Shown piece after piece: positions 39,401 through 50,769 of a DNA stretch of 64,000 nucleotides (positions are counted from its first letter, which is position 1; each line of letters starts with the position of its first letter). The position numbers and the translations under genes were made by a program. The stretch spans positions 23,267,365 through 23,331,364 of the forward strand of contig NC_092678.1 in assembly GCF_964355755.1 (NCBI RefSeq), read 5' to 3'. Source of the DNA: Antedon mediterranea (taxonomy: Eukaryota; Animalia; Echinodermata). The notes below the pieces were generated by a model. That model was given only the letters and a program-made list of their open reading frames with translations. It ran no database searches and was not told the DNA's origin.

Positions 39401-41403
39401 CCTTTTAGAGGGCGAGTCTTGAATCTTTGACAAAATTTCATTGTTGACTTGACAGACAAAGAATCCCTTATCAGTTAGCTCTGAATTGCCAATAATTAAA
39501 TTGCCATTCTGACTTTGACTGACTCTTCTTGAATAAGTGACAGGCTCATACTTCTCAGCACTAAAATCAGGTTTATATGCCCATACTATCTTTAGCTTGG
39601 GAAACGATTTAGGAGGATTGCATTCAAGCTGTACCATTTGGTTTGGTAGTACGGTGTAAGTGGTAGCTATCAAATTTGTAAACGGATCCATAACTAGAAA
39701 AAAAATGTAGTTGAAATTGATTACTTAGATTATAGTAGTTGGTTTTAACAAATTGGTGTTATTGTCCTACCCCAAAAATATATACAGTAATTCATTTTCC
39801 TCTTTTTCTTTGAATTATGAATTTTGAAAATAATAATAATAATAATACAAACATATAAACATACATTTTATACAGAAATTGACAATCATGACATCTTTGG
39901 GTGTCCTACCCAAAATATATACAGTAATTTATTTTCCTCTTTTTCTTTGAATTATGGATATTGAAATAAATAAAAACAAATAAGAAAAAAACTACAACAT
40001 TTTATACAGAAATTGACAATCATATCTTTGAACGCTGTTTGTTTCTGAAAGTGCATAACAAAACATCACATTATTTTACTTATGGTTTATTGAGGATGAA
40101 TTGAAATGACTTACATGCTAGCCTAGCAGAGATTTCTTGCGAAAGAGCTGTTCCTCTGCTACTTGTTGCATTACACTGATACAGTCCGTTGACCTCTGAT
40201 GTTGGGTTGCTAATGATCAGGTTTCTACCAGAATTTTCAAAACTTACATCTCCCCCTTCAACGATTGAACTACCATTCTTTGTCCATACAAAGCTGTAGT
40301 TAGTAAAATAAAATAATGAAGTAAAAATGTTACTAAAGCTGGGTACGCGCACAAGAGCTCTTAGCTTCTCTAAAGACCAATAGACAAGACAATTCATTGG
40401 CAGGAATAGCACATTGTGTGTTCCCTCACCATGTGATGGAAAAACCTATTAAGCTGTCTATACTACAGGTATTAAACTTTATGTGACAACAAAAATGTGA
40501 TGTGCCCATATATGGATATGATGATGTCATATCACTACCATATTTGGGCACATAACTTCCATATTTGAGCACATCACACTTTTTTTTGTCAAACTAGTTT
40601 GTTAGTGTAGTCAAAGCTTGTATAAAAGCAGCAACTGTTTTTTATGCCTTAAAATATCAAGAAAATGTTTGAACTACTGCTCACATTGGCTCTGGGATTC
40701 CGCTAGCATTACATTTGAACCTTGCTGGTTGCCTAGCATCTATAGCATATTCTCCTAAAGGTTGGTTACCATAGTTATCAGACATTCCTCCATGCCATAG
40801 ACCAGTGATGCTGGGAGGCGAGATATCTACAAAGGAAATGTAATTCAACAAAACAGATTAAACATTAATAGCAACAAACATTAATGTACTTTTTATTTTA
40901 TGTCTTTAGACACATGTGGCCAAGGATTACAAATACTGTAGTAAATTGATCACTGTCCTACAGTATCACATAGGTGGTAATCCCCCTGATACAGGGACTA
41001 TTTTGTTCACTAGATAACCCCTTACTGTACTCGTCTTGAATGACTGGGTTCTTTAAAGTACACATATGGTGTACACTGGATATACGATTTATAGTCCTTA
41101 CCCTTCCACCACGAGAACTAGGAGCGAGTGTGCCTCGAGCCTATCATTAATTTTCCTTACTAAGATTTAGTTTAATGTTTAAGTTATAAGGCTCTGTTGT
41201 ATTTTTAGTTGCGTCCAACGCGGCTCTACAGCTCACTACTGTATGTCGGTCGGTTAATACTAACTTGAACACGGGACTGCAGCCATGTATATGGCCTTGT
41301 TTAAAGAAAATTCCAATACATGTTACTACACTACTACTGTACCTGCTCCCAATGTGAAACACACTGATGTAATTAAAAGTACTAGCACACACCGTCCATC
41401 CAT
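12290..41403 (-). CDS. L1CAM: L1CAM/neuroglian/NrCAM-family Ig-superfamily cell adhesion molecule, complete spliced CDS (SP-6xIg-5xFnIII-TM-cytoplasmic FIGQY)
   Basis: 22 core exons with GT-AG ends and continuous phase: 41343-41403, 40685-40826, 40115-40293, 39388-39693, 38972-39080, 37627-37799, 36873-37001, 36407-36544, 36010-36140, 35576-35720, 34737-35021, 33750-34120, 32638-32863, 32391-32506, 32121-32301, 31736-31852, 30863-31036, 28889-29008, 21187-21363, 13982-14113, 13522-13612, 12290-12482. Total 3696 nt = 1231 aa + stop. The L1-family cytoplasmic motifs KGGKY, FGEY, DSLAGY and NFDEDGSFIGQY are present. The symbol denotes the family; the exact vertebrate paralog cannot be assigned. 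Confidence 0.95.
13522..13612 (-). CDS. L1CAM: L1-family exon, cytoplasmic (VSDKED...FGEYKPNK)
   Basis: tttcacag| ... |gtacgt; FGEY motif. Confidence 0.93.
13982..14113 (-). CDS. L1CAM: L1-family exon, transmembrane helix and KGGKY
   Basis: PWLIVMICLILLLLIILLILCYVRSQKGGKYN. Confidence 0.95.
14735..14918. mobile_element. MITE with TAGAGAGCTTT TIRs
   Basis: tagagagctttagattcgcga...acgacctag / taggtcgt...tcgcaaattcaaagctctcta. Confidence 0.65.
15211..17010. mobile_element. Tc1/mariner-pogo-type non-autonomous element whose interior is expanded into an 84-bp array
   Basis: Left end TA|CAGTAGAACCTGTATTAAGA, right end TCTTAATAGGGGTTCTACTG; short relatives at ~28660-28828 and ~43866-44055. Confidence 0.65.
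15246..16711. repeat. 84-bp minisatellite x~17
   Basis: The unit length is a multiple of 3, which creates the repetitive ORFs on both strands. Confidence 0.97.
17174..17191 (-). CDS. L1CAM: Candidate 18-nt microexon (G)STPVV
   Basis: Long U-rich tract...ttatccag|GTTCAACCCCTGTTGTTG|gtgagt; phase 1-1; two TGCATG downstream. Confidence 0.75.
17425..17780. repeat. Degenerate ~39-bp tandem repeat (GATACTGATCAATAATCAATGATATTGATAAAGTT…) x~9
   Basis: Visible periodicity. Confidence 0.85.
18474..18518 (-). CDS. L1CAM: Candidate 45-nt cassette mini-exon (D)TIMETSAMVTNVQF
   Basis: aatttag|ATACC...TTCG|gtgagt; phase 1-1, no stop. Confidence 0.55.
18737..18899. mobile_element. MITE (~160 bp) with long imperfect TIRs, lying between two mini-exons
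   Basis: ttggttcccacacaga...gcaaggacgta / tacgtccttgc...tctgtgggaaccaa. Confidence 0.75.
19036..19068 (-). CDS. L1CAM: Candidate 33-nt cassette mini-exon (A)STIPTTSVYP
   Basis: ttctgtgtctttcctcag|CC...CCGG|gtatga; strong pyrimidine tract; phase 1-1. Confidence 0.75.
20473..20508 (-). CDS. L1CAM: Candidate 36-nt cassette mini-exon (D)LPGAITDQPGP
   Basis: tgtcag|ATTTG...CCTG|gtaagt; GC-rich island in an AT-rich intron; phase 1-1; TGCATG about 21 nt downstream. Confidence 0.75.
20568..20698. mobile_element. Small TA-flanked MITE (CAGTCAACT...AGTTGACTG)
   Basis: tacagtcaact / agttgactgta termini. Confidence 0.55.
21025..21164. mobile_element. Harbinger-like MITE copy
   Basis: Same family as 62694-62852; ends about 20 bp from the FnIII-5 donor. 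Confidence 0.8.
21187..21363 (-). CDS. L1CAM: L1-family exon, FnIII-5 C-half (LTDLSPNTEYEVRLVAMN)
   Basis: FnIII LxPxTxY motif; 177 nt, phase 1-1. Confidence 0.92.
22857..22963. repeat. Perfect 40-bp inverted repeat with a 27-bp loop
   Basis: Arms 22857-22896 and 22924-22963. Confidence 0.9.
23757..24390. repeat. ~126-bp tandem repeat x5
   Basis: Units begin ATCTTCCAATATATACTCACAGAACC. Confidence 0.95.
25041..25183. mobile_element. Harbinger-like MITE copy
   Basis: Same family as 62694-62852. Confidence 0.75.
27275..27520. repeat. Diverged two-unit tandem duplication with an expanded poly-C tract
   Basis: AGGGGACTTAACGTCAGGGACCCCCC...ATCCCTGCTGGTAC occurs twice. Confidence 0.8.
28465..28611. 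mobile_element. Harbinger-like MITE copy (TAA-flanked)
   Basis: Same family as 62694-62852. Confidence 0.85.
28889..29008 (-). CDS. L1CAM: L1-family exon, FnIII-5 N-half (PLKPTGVVSKPGKDEAEITW...YIVQIRKK)
   Basis: ttacag| ... AAG|gtaagt; 120 nt, phase 1-1. Confidence 0.88.
30863..31036 (-). CDS. L1CAM: L1-family exon, FnIII-4 C-half
   Basis: IEGLTPETTYRVSIEGKNTAGYG; phase 1-1. Confidence 0.92.
31054..31371 (-). mobile_element. 5'-truncated CR1 LINE 3' end with an 8-bp (GTAAACAA)n tail
   Basis: RTRGHSL/…IRNSFGRKAIILWNSLSEDVVASRSTNQFKSGLE (one frameshift); the tail abuts the acceptor at 31037. Confidence 0.8.
31736..31852 (-). CDS. L1CAM: L1-family exon, FnIII-4 N-half
   Basis: PGQPLDF...LFWSP...EYRV; phase 1-1. 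Confidence 0.9.
32121..32301 (-). CDS. L1CAM: L1-family exon, FnIII-3 C-half
   Basis: LKPSTDYELHVVVANSKQEGPRS...FSTPE; not in the ORF track. Confidence 0.92.
32391..32506 (-). CDS. L1CAM: L1-family exon, FnIII-3 N-half
   Basis: PTVAPGNVEV...LQGKFKYYR; in phase. Confidence 0.9.
32638..32863 (-). CDS. L1CAM: L1-family exon, FnIII-2
   Basis: YRVEYR...IRVTATNDEGDGP...GYSGE (L1 signature). Confidence 0.94.
33165..33428. mobile_element. Two adjacent Harbinger-like MITE copies (one partial)
   Basis: Same family as 62694-62852. Confidence 0.8.
33750..34120 (-). CDS. L1CAM: L1-family exon, FnIII-1 and start of FnIII-2
   Basis: DVPSAP...ISW...YIIEY...FRVSAINGVGRS...MVISWD. Confidence 0.94.
34472..34631. 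mobile_element. Harbinger-like MITE copy
   Basis: Same family as 62694-62852. Confidence 0.85.
34737..35021 (-). CDS. L1CAM: L1-family exon, Ig6
   Basis: ATLQCSA...DTGEYCCIAST...LTVQ; phase 1-1. Confidence 0.93.
35255..35312 (-). mobile_element. tRNA-derived SINE head fragment
   Basis: A-box TGGCTTAGTGG and B-box GGTTCAAGTCC with no full cloverleaf; similar decayed heads near 20025, 32048 and 47100. Confidence 0.45.
35576..35720 (-). CDS. L1CAM: L1-family exon, Ig5 C-half (EDGSLTINNVVREDEGAYTC)
   Basis: DxGxYxC motif; |gtaagt donor. Confidence 0.92.
35779..35911. mobile_element. Harbinger-like MITE copy
   Basis: Same family as 62694-62852. Confidence 0.8.
36010..36140 (-). CDS. L1CAM: L1-family exon, Ig5 N-half (VTLQCGHIGRPFPDVTW)
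   Basis: ttctag| ... |gtatgt. Confidence 0.9.
36407..36544 (-). CDS. L1CAM: L1-family exon, Ig4 C-half (DNSVYQCVAENTHG)
   Basis: VYQC-A-N-HG is typical of L1 Ig4. Confidence 0.92.
36575..36855. mobile_element. Harbinger-like MITE copy interrupted by a ~190-bp insertion with an (AATTC)n end
   Basis: MITE halves flank ~36626-36812. Confidence 0.6.
36873..37001 (-). CDS. L1CAM: L1-family exon, Ig4 N-half (PTWVSEP...CEATGIPQPAISWLING)
   Basis: Ig motifs; |gtaagt donor. Confidence 0.92.
37627..37799 (-). CDS. L1CAM: L1-family exon, Ig3 C-half (PTPEIQW...EDAGNYQC)
   Basis: DxGxYxC motif; splice sites in phase. Confidence 0.92.
38210..38966. repeat. Degenerate 16-bp minisatellite (TATTAATAAGTATGAG)n
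   Basis: About 750 bp, abutting the donor at 38971. Confidence 0.95.
38972..39080 (-). CDS. L1CAM: L1-family exon, Ig3 N-half (…STKCIAVGY)
   Basis: ttcgcag| ... |gtaagt; CIA-G-P motif. Confidence 0.88.
39181..39341. mobile_element. Harbinger-like MITE copy
   Basis: Same family as 62694-62852. Confidence 0.85.
39388..39693 (-). CDS. L1CAM: L1-family exon, Ig2 (LECNPPKSFP...RVSQSQNGNL...FVCQV)
   Basis: Typical L1 Ig2 CNPP and GNL motifs; phase 1-1. Confidence 0.93.
40115..40293 (-). CDS. L1CAM: L1-family exon, Ig1 C-half (FVWTKNG...GLYQCNATSSRGTALS)
   Basis: W-x-K-N-G and YQC motifs; |gtaagt donor. Confidence 0.92.
40452..40618. mobile_element. Harbinger-like MITE copy
   Basis: Same family as 62694-62852. 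Confidence 0.8.
40685..40826 (-). CDS. L1CAM: L1-family exon, Ig1 N-half (ISPPSITG...ARFKCNASGIPEP)
   Basis: tttgtag| ... |gtgagc; Ig B-strand C and GxP motif. Confidence 0.9.
41343..41403 (-). CDS. L1CAM: L1-family exon 1 (coding part): signal peptide MDGRCVLVLLITSVCFTLGA
   Basis: ATG at 41403, hydrophobic core, donor CAG|gtacag in phase 1 joining DISPP. Upstream acceptors at 41421 and 41441. Confidence 0.85.
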
Positions 41404-42007
41404 CTTTACAGGACAGATCACCTGACAAAACACACTAAATCCTGAAAAACACAAATGATAATCGACTTTATTATGTATCTAAAATTAGTTAATTGTAAAA
41501 GTATTAGTAAATGCAATTTATAAAATTATTCAGAAAATTTACTCATTATTACTTAATTTACTGATTTTTTATCCATTGACATGACTCCCAATTGTGATGT
41601 ACTTTACTATGATATTGAAATTGCATTTTATCTTTAATAACACCAAACTAATCGAAAATGCAAAATCCATATTCAAGCCAGCAAATAAATTATGAAAGAA
41701 CATTATCATATCATTTATTTTTTATTAATAGAAATGCATACATAATGCAACCAAGACAATTAACAGAAATATTGAACAAATTATATATAAACAAGATTAT
41801 TATGATAATTTCCGTTATAAACTATAGTACAGTTAATACTGTAAAACATAAATAATTTACTATAGGTAATATTTAGAAATAGAAAAGATGATGGTAATAC
41901 AGTCTATCTCCATTTAACAATCTTGGTACCCAAAAAGATGTCTGCTGAACAGGGGTGACCCCAGAATAGGAGATGTTAATACAGTAAGTGGGTGGACACT
42001 ACTGCAA

Positions 42008-42163
42008 AGCCTTGTCTATACTATCAAATTTCATGTGACACAAAATGTGATATGCCCATGTATGGACATGATGATGTCATATCACTACCATCTTTGGGCA
42101 TATCACTAACATTATTTGGGCACATCACACTTTTTTGTCAAATTTTAAGTTTATAGCTTAGAC
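42008..42163. mobile_element. Harbinger-like MITE copy
   Basis: Same family as 62694-62852. Confidence 0.8.
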
Positions 42164-45100
42164 TTCTTCATGATAAATGACAGGCATCTTGGTAGTCTTT
42201 GCCGCATGAAATACTCTATTAGCCATTCTTGGTGTTATGCAATCATACAGTCAAATAATATTTATTTTTTTTAATTAGAAAAATAATAAAATTCTTTTGA
42301 ATTCTGTAAAATTTAACAAGTTAGGACAGAATTTCTTGATGGTTAGTTTGAAATTTGAAGGGGTTTTCTGTATGATATGATAAGAACTGACTAACTACAA
42401 GTGCTAATATTAATATCAGTCATCTCTCAACTTGTAAGTAACCATACAGTGTACATGCTTGATTAGCAGTGATCAATTACCCACGGTAACCGATAGTCGA
42501 ATATTGATACAAATTTGCGTGTGGCTTCGATTTGCTTGGATGACCTCAAGGGTGTCAATTTCACGCTTTTCGTTTGATGCCGAATCTAGCCCAATTAAAT
42601 TACACCGGTATATTACGTAATGTACACTTTGGATGAAAACTGATGGTAGTAGAATTCAACACATTTAGAAAGAATAGGTCATAATAGATGAAAAGGGATA
42701 GTGTTTAATATCAACAATATTTTATTATATTTCAATCATTTTTACTTTTTAATTTTAGAGTTGTGACTAACGACTTTTAACTCCACTCCCTAAACCTCAA
42801 ATGAGACTTTTTTGATACACGATCGATAAATGATTACCGTAAATACTTTATCCATCCTATAATTGGCAAGTATTTGCTCACTGTTGGATGTGTATGATAT
42901 AAAAAAATATTACTAAAAACAGTGAATGTACGGTAATCGCTCAATAAATGAAAGTAGCTTTTTGGGGTAAAATCTTGCATCAGAGACAACTTGAACTAAG
43001 GACTTTCTCACTGTGAATACCTTGATTGACGTTCAGACTCAATACTATTACACAAAAAAATGTAGTTCAAAATAATACTTTTATTAGGCTAATACGTCAT
43101 GCTGCACACTGTTACCTCAAACATTTATTTAATAGGTATTCACATTTATTTTAATAGGTATTCTCATTTATTTATTCTCACTGTACAAATCTTATTATAA
43201 TCATCAAATATTATTACACATTATTAAGTCCTTAATGGCCCATTAATGTCCATTGAGAGTTCCTATTCACAATTATTCTAATGAAATATAATAATATAAT
43301 TTGATATGCATAACTATTAGGAAATATAATGTCTGTAGTGTAATTATATTCTACTAAATCCAGATTGACATTCACAATTGCTGAAAGATTTCTCATATTA
43401 GAAAAATTGACTTTTAACGGGACTATTAAAAAACAACTCAGAAAAACAAGTCTACGAAAAAACGAAAATAGAGCACGAAAATTATCTGGATTTGCATGTA
43501 CCTGTACATGGTGGACTTTTAAAAAAAACTGTTGAACTTTGGATAAATCTGGAGAAAAATACTAGCGAAAAAACAACCCATAAACACAAGCGTGTGTGCT
43601 CGTGTGATTTTCTAGAAAGAAGATGATTTTACGATATTCTGTCACTGACTAACATGTATAGGATTAAGGAGGCAAATTGGACAAATTGGGATATTAAAGT
43701 TCTGGCATCTGACATGTTTACAACAAGGTCAGGCCCTTCTACAGGACTCTACTGACCTACTTGTGTTTGTATATTTGCCTAGGCCTACCACTATACTACT
43801 GTATATACGGTAGGTTAATATATATTTAATACATTGGGAAACACTCTACAACACAGGATGTTTTTGAGTAGAACCCTTGTTATGAGACACTTTCAGCACC
43901 GAACCAATTGTCTCCTTAAATACTAGGAATGTCCCTGGAATAGGAGTTAGCAATTGATATGATAGTGTTTAAACATTATATTGCCCCTTGTTTCACAGGA
44001 AAGGGCCCTTAGTGTCCATGAATATTAGTGTATACACAATATAGGGATTCTACTGGGGTGGTTAGCATAAGACAGAGCATCCCCTGACATACAGTAGTCT
44101 GGAACCTGGGAACAAATAAAAACTTCACCATTCAACTCTTCAGGTTGCCCCAGTTTAAACCACATTACAATCCATATATTTTATATGGTAATTGTTATGT
44201 AAATACAGTAAAAAAAACACTATCACTTTGTATTGTGAATACCTAAATTTAAATGTTGTTTTATCCGTTATAAACTTTTGTTGTTTTTCTGAAAAATGTA
44301 AAAACACCCGCTACCAAATAACAAGCAATATGGAAGTTACTAGTGAATCACAAACAATGCAACATACAGATGCAAATAATTACTAATATTCACTTTTAAA
44401 TCAGGAACATCCGTTATAAATCGTCTTCCTTACAATAACACATTTTAATATCAACAATTACAGTAGCATAATATTAAAAGCATGGAATCTATTTGGAGAC
44501 AAGAAATTCAAAAAGATATGAAGGAAAATTATGAAAAAAAAAGAAGAACAAAAAGGAAGAAAAAAAGGAAAAAAAAAACCAGATATATGGGAAAATGGAA
44601 GTGGGCCAATGAATGTTTTATGATTATGGACATTTCGCCAGAAAATCACAAATGATGCGTCGATGTGCCAACAAATGGATACATTTTGACATCTGTGACA
44701 GGTTGATTCCTTGAAACATAGTCAAACAATTCCAGAAAGATCAGGGTAAACTTTAACTAATCAAATTTAAACCGTTCTGATATTGTGCAATACACGAGTG
44801 ACACTAATATCTTAAAGCCAAACACAATTTAGCAAAACTGAAAAAAAAATTACTGTGAATAATTTCAGCATAGTTTACAAATCTAGGGAAACATCCCAAG
44901 ACGCCCACGACTACAACAAGCCATGATTGACGCAAGTCAAGTTTAAAGAGAAAAACAAAAATCACATAAAATATTACGATGTAATAATTATTGTGTGTGT
45001 GTTATTCTTATAGGTATAATTACAATAGCAATTTTAAATCCAGATTTCCTCTAAGAAACATCAAAATGCCACTGCCTGCTATCACACTCATACAGCGCTG

Positions 45101-48100
45101 TTTAAGTTAACACCTTTAAATGGCAACCCGTTCGTTCCCTTAAGAAGCCAATCGCATCATCATCATTATTATTATTACGCCGCTGTTGTTTCTCAATGCT
45201 TTACATCTTTAAGTACATATTGACGTCTGTTCTTGAGACATTCTTGAGAAATTTCTTAAGGCTAATTACCAGCGAGAATGTGTGATTTCATCAACATGCA
45301 TAATTTTTGTAGGAAACATTACAGATTTACATTTATATTGTTTCTTAAGTACTTTGATGCAAATTTTGTAATAAAAGTCTTGACAATGTGAATATCAAGA
45401 TAAGGAAAGAGGAGATTATTTCCATATTATAATCTCATCTTTGGATTAAATACTGTATTTTCAACCTTTTAACTTATATCTGAAATGTGTTAATCTGGAG
45501 ATGGTAGCTAGCATAACCCTGACAGTGTTATATAACACTCTAGAGTTTGTGTGACTATGGGAATGGTGTGACTATGGGAATGGTGCGACACTGACTTGCG
45601 AGCTCGAATGAGTGGCCGAGCGGATAATCTAGCTCATGTTCACCAACTACATCTTTTGAGATGAGTAGGGGGTTACCACGGTGTACAGTACTAGTACACA
45701 CAGCCACAGTATAAATAATTAATAATAAAACAAGTATAACCTAGACTCTGGGTGACTGTGACCTGTGACCTAGATCTGTGACCTAGACTCTGGGTGACTG
45801 TGATTCTTGGATTGTGACTGCGACTGACTAATGTGAAACTTGATGCTAATACTGTGAGTCTGGGGCTTGTGTGACAGACTGGTGCATACAGCATCACAGG
45901 AAATAATTACTTACAATATGAGACTGAGAGGCTTTACAGTATCGCATTATATCCTATTTAGATAGTGTTCATACTGTACATAAGAGCAATGAACAAACAG
46001 TTACTTACACCTCAAGGTCTATTAGCGCAAGTGCTTTATAGATGAATGCGAGATATATATTAATTTATAAAAAGATATTTCTGGAATGTTATATTATATC
46101 TCAAATCAATCATAGAAATTAAAGTGGAATTGAAAGATTAATGTGTATGACATTCTCAACATTTGTACATACCACTCAATCTATTATAAGCACTCACTAA
46201 ATTCCACAACAATCATCTTAAAATTAGCCCAACCATTTTAAAAACTAATTTTCCCCAAAAAAATATTACCTAGGATTTTGTAAAGTAAGGTTAATGGCAA
46301 AAAAAGACATGGCAGTTTAATGAATTGTACATAAAGTGAAAAGAAAACATTAATTATGCTCAGTCTTACTAAACTAGTCCTACAATCAAGTCACACTTGT
46401 TCCAGGAGTCAGTACAATAGTAGCCCATATTCATGCACCGAGAATCGTACTAGAATTAGAAATTGACATCTAGGTGTATTTGTACCATTGTGAAGCATCA
46501 TTGCGGAATTAACGCCGTCAAAAAACACCCTACCTGTCAAAACCTTTCATTACTATGTTCAAAATAAACAATAGGATCAACACCATACACTAGCCAAAAT
46601 CTAAAATAAACACCCACTATATATAACACCTAGTGAACCGCAATAAAGTTGTTACAGTAATGTCCTAATAACGCTATTACATGGCATTGCATTATACAAT
46701 ACTGTGACAATATAACCTTTTGTGGTTAACATCATGTTAAATTTCTTTGTCGGATTACTGTGTCAAGTCTTGTTAAAGGTTAACCACGATAGGCCAACTA
46801 AAAGAAGGAAAGGCTTGTTATGTTGTTCGATTTATATAGCGCTTATACAATCAAAAGATTGCCCCAAAGCGCTGTGATGTACAACATTTAAAAAATTGAA
46901 AAAATACATAGCAAAGTTTAAACCATGATAGGCCAACAAAAAAAGAAAAGGCTGGATGTACAGTAGGCCTACAAGATTTTTAAAATAGAAAAATATATAG
47001 TATAGTATATAGTAATATGTGTTTATTTGTAAAATTGGCAGAAATTGCATTTCTGACAAAACAATTGTTGGCTAAATTCTGATAAAATTCTGATATTAGA
47101 ACTTGGATTTGAACCCACACCCTGGAAATGATAACTAACAAATATTTCAAAAACTAAAATTACAAACCAATATACCACCTGCCACTAGAATCAACTTTAC
47201 AGTATAACATGATAACATAATATATGATGTAAAAACATTGAATATACATTAAGATCGTATTATGATTACCATGGTAACGGGCAATCGCTGGAAGCTATTG
47301 ATTCCGCGCTCAGATTCCAAACTGAGCATATCCTTTGAAGTTTATATAAATTCAAATTAAATGCAGATACAACATGGCTGCCATATTATATAAGATTTTC
47401 TTTTTCTTGTTTTATCATATTAAAAAAACGATTTTATCTAATGTTTCTAAAAATCAGTATCTATAATATAATTTCAAGTAGTTAGTTTAATCAGGGAAAA
47501 TAATAAAATTATAAAAATAATTTAATCTTAATCTTTCCTTTCTTGTTTAGTGTTTAGCTCATCTAATTATAATAACAATAAATCTTTCAATTTGAATATT
47601 TAATTGCTTATAATTCCCTTGTTTAAACACAACAGCCAATTAGTGTTATCATAAATTACTGTTATAATATTTTTATTAATTATGATTATAAATCATCTTA
47701 ACAATTATACGGTCTCAAATATCAAAGATTGCTAAATAGCATTTTAAAACAATTCTACAAGAACTATTAACTTCATTCAGGGAATTCTTGTACAGTATCT
47801 GTTTTTAATGATATTAAGGTAATTTTTTATCTTTGGACCTTAACAAAAGTTGGATTTTAGGAAATCTTTCGGTTTTCAGATAGTCACATATTGTAAAAAT
47901 TCAACTGTATTACTATTACCTTGATAAATACCGGTAATCTCTATTTCTCAAAACAAACTATGTCCCGTTACGAATTTAAACTTTACACAACTGATTCTTT
48001 ATGAATGTCGTGTGATGGACAGTTTACGGGGCGATGTGTTAGCTGTTTAGTTTTATCATGGCAGTCTGCTCAGTAGGTGATTGTAATGTAAGACCGACTT

Positions 48101-50400
48101 CTTTTGTTAACCTACTGAGTGACTTGACTTACTAATAATAATTTGTGATAAATGCTGTTGTTTTAGGTTTTGGGTCAGTATTAATTCTGAATAAAACTTG
48201 CACTCAAATATTTAGGTAATCACATATTTTAACTGAAGTATTGTTATATTTTTAAAATGTTTTCTTTTAAAGTTTAAGTTCAATCATTTTAATTTATTTA
48301 TTTAAGTCACAAATGCACTAAGAAAACAGAGACAAAGCAATTTGATTTAACTACAAAAAATAAATCATTACCATATCTATACTTATTAATTAATTCATTA
48401 ATTAATACTTTTTCATCATGATTTTATTTACACCTGCATCCCAAATATGATACAGTGTACCGGTACTGGATTGACCTGTGTACTGTCAACTCTTCCAATA
48501 CCAAACTCTCTGAAAACCGGAATATCTTTCCAAATTAGACTATTTTTTAAGGTACGAAAGATCCCTATATCATTTTTAGCATTAGAAACACATCCTGAAT
48601 ACTGTACAAAGCTTTATGGAAAAAAAACCAGACATATTAGGCCAGCCCAAAGGTGTCCGGTATTGCGAGAGTTAAATGTACTTCGTTAATTTTACGTTAA
48701 AATACAGTATATCTACAAATTAATGGTTGGACTTGGGCTATCCCCGATTGAGTTTGAATCTGTATCGATATAGTATATAATATTTTATATATTTAATAGG
48801 ACAAAAACAAAAGTAACCTCTCAATACAAGATATGATATGACACACAAGCAGGTGTACATCAGCATTGATTGTTTTTAAATAATAAACCATGGTGTTAAA
48901 TCTACCTACACAAACCTAGTCAATCAAGCTGCCACGCTTACAACAACAATTAACTAGATTTATCATGTCCTTTACGCAACATTTTGTCGCGCTTTGTCTC
49001 CCTCGACACACCAACATAAATGCCAAGTTCGTCCGCTCATACAGTACTAGCCGTAAATAAACATGTCTTAATTCATCGAGAAAAAAAAACATGTTTGCTT
49101 TTCTAATTACAAATATTCCTCGTTTTTAACGAGTATAAGAAATTGATTTTAATTTGGAAAAGAAAGTTCAAGAAATTCTTCGTAAGATTTTCAAAATATT
49201 TATTGCTAATTTCATCAAGAAAGTAGAGCAATTTAAAATATCTGGGTCAACGACATTTGGCAACGGTAAATCCTAAAAGACGTAGGCAGAGGAAAACGGA
49301 AAAAATTTAAACAAATTTCCAACATATTTTTGAAAATCTGTTGAGGAATTATTTGTAATGAATAACAATTTGCGGTGATTATTCAAATCTATTGACAAGG
49401 TTTTCTACAATTATCCACTTCTATTTTGCAATTCAAAAAAAAATTGTTTTTAGGATATTAGACATTTTCGGTTCAGTATTTTGTAGTTCACATATATGGT
49501 GACACTCATAGGGGCTTATCAATCAAGCCGCTCATTTGAATAGGGATTGTGACGAATGATAATAAGGATAATATCCCAGCTGCATCCATTGGCAATGGAA
49601 TGTGCTGCCAAATAATCACAACATTACACCTGGAAAGAAAAGTGAAGAGACAAAGAGGATAGGGTGCCATTAGTTGCCTAGGGACACGAAACAATGTTAC
49701 CATGCCTGGAAGGAGAAGCACAAGAAACAAAGAGGATAGGGTGCCCTCAGTCAATTGCCTAGGGACATGAATAACTAACTGTGGGTTTTCAAAACTACTC
49801 AGAACAACTCATGAAACAATAATTGTCGTATTCTTTTCAAAATAAAAAATATTAAAAACTTCAAATTTAGATTAGCCAGAAAAAAATTTTCTAATCTATA
49901 GAATTTAGAAATATCATAATAAATAAAATCATTATTTAAATCTAATGTTAATTGTACCAAAAACAATAATCTGAATGATTTAAAATATTCCCATTTAACA
50001 ATACTGCATGAGAAACAGTAAAGCACATACACTTGTGACAGTGTACTTGACAAGTTGTAATATACAAACATAAGCATTATTGTTTCTGTCTACAGCCATG
50101 CACTGCAGCAATCAAGGAGTAATCCTCCTACTAGCAGTGAGGAGATTTATAGCAGCAGCAGTAGTACGCTATTGAAAAGCGCTGTTCACAGTCAACTACA
50201 GTGGCCAGGATAATTATGCATCTAATATTATACTTTAAAGCTTGCCTTGGTTTGATGAAAAAAATTCATAGGGGAAAAAAAAATGTTTCTTAAGAAAATA
50301 AATATTATTAATTGGTATAATATAATTATAAATAATATTAATGTAGAAGAGACTAAAACAAAAAAAGTAGCAATTTTATAATATTTATAAAATAAATAAA

Positions 50401-50675
50401 ATAATCATGTCTGTTCTGTCCTCTGTGATGGATTTATTCCATTGTGGCTCTGACAAAATAAAGTATTGTTATAATCATGTCTGTTCTGTCCTCTGTGATG
50501 GATTTATTCCATTGTGGCTCTGACAAAATAAAGTATTGTTATAATCATGTCTGTTCTGTCCTCTGTGATGGATTTATTCCATTGTGGCTCTGACAAAATA
50601 AAGTATTGTTATAATCATGTCTGTTCTGTCCTCTGTGATGGATTTATTCCATTGTGGCTCCGACAAAATAAAGTA
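50401..50675. repeat. 70-bp tandem repeat x~4
   Basis: ATAATCATGTCTGTTCTGTCCTCTG...AAAGTATTGTT. Confidence 0.95.
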
Positions 50676-50720
50676 AATAACACTGACATTTTTAATTAAA
50701 TTACTGTATAAAACACATAC

Positions 50721-50769
50721 CTAAGAATATCCAAATAATTCACTGTCTTTGTATTCCAATCAAAAATGC
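50721..50769 (-). other. Candidate 49-nt 5'-UTR exon of the L1-family gene
   Basis: ttttttcttgcag|GCATT...CTTAG|gtatgt; no ATG inside. The ATG exon has its own acceptor, so upstream exons must exist. Confidence 0.45.

Noticed and set aside
43892-43912. TTCAGCACC as a REST/NRSE site
   Set aside because: Only the left half-site is present, and it lies inside a MITE remnant.
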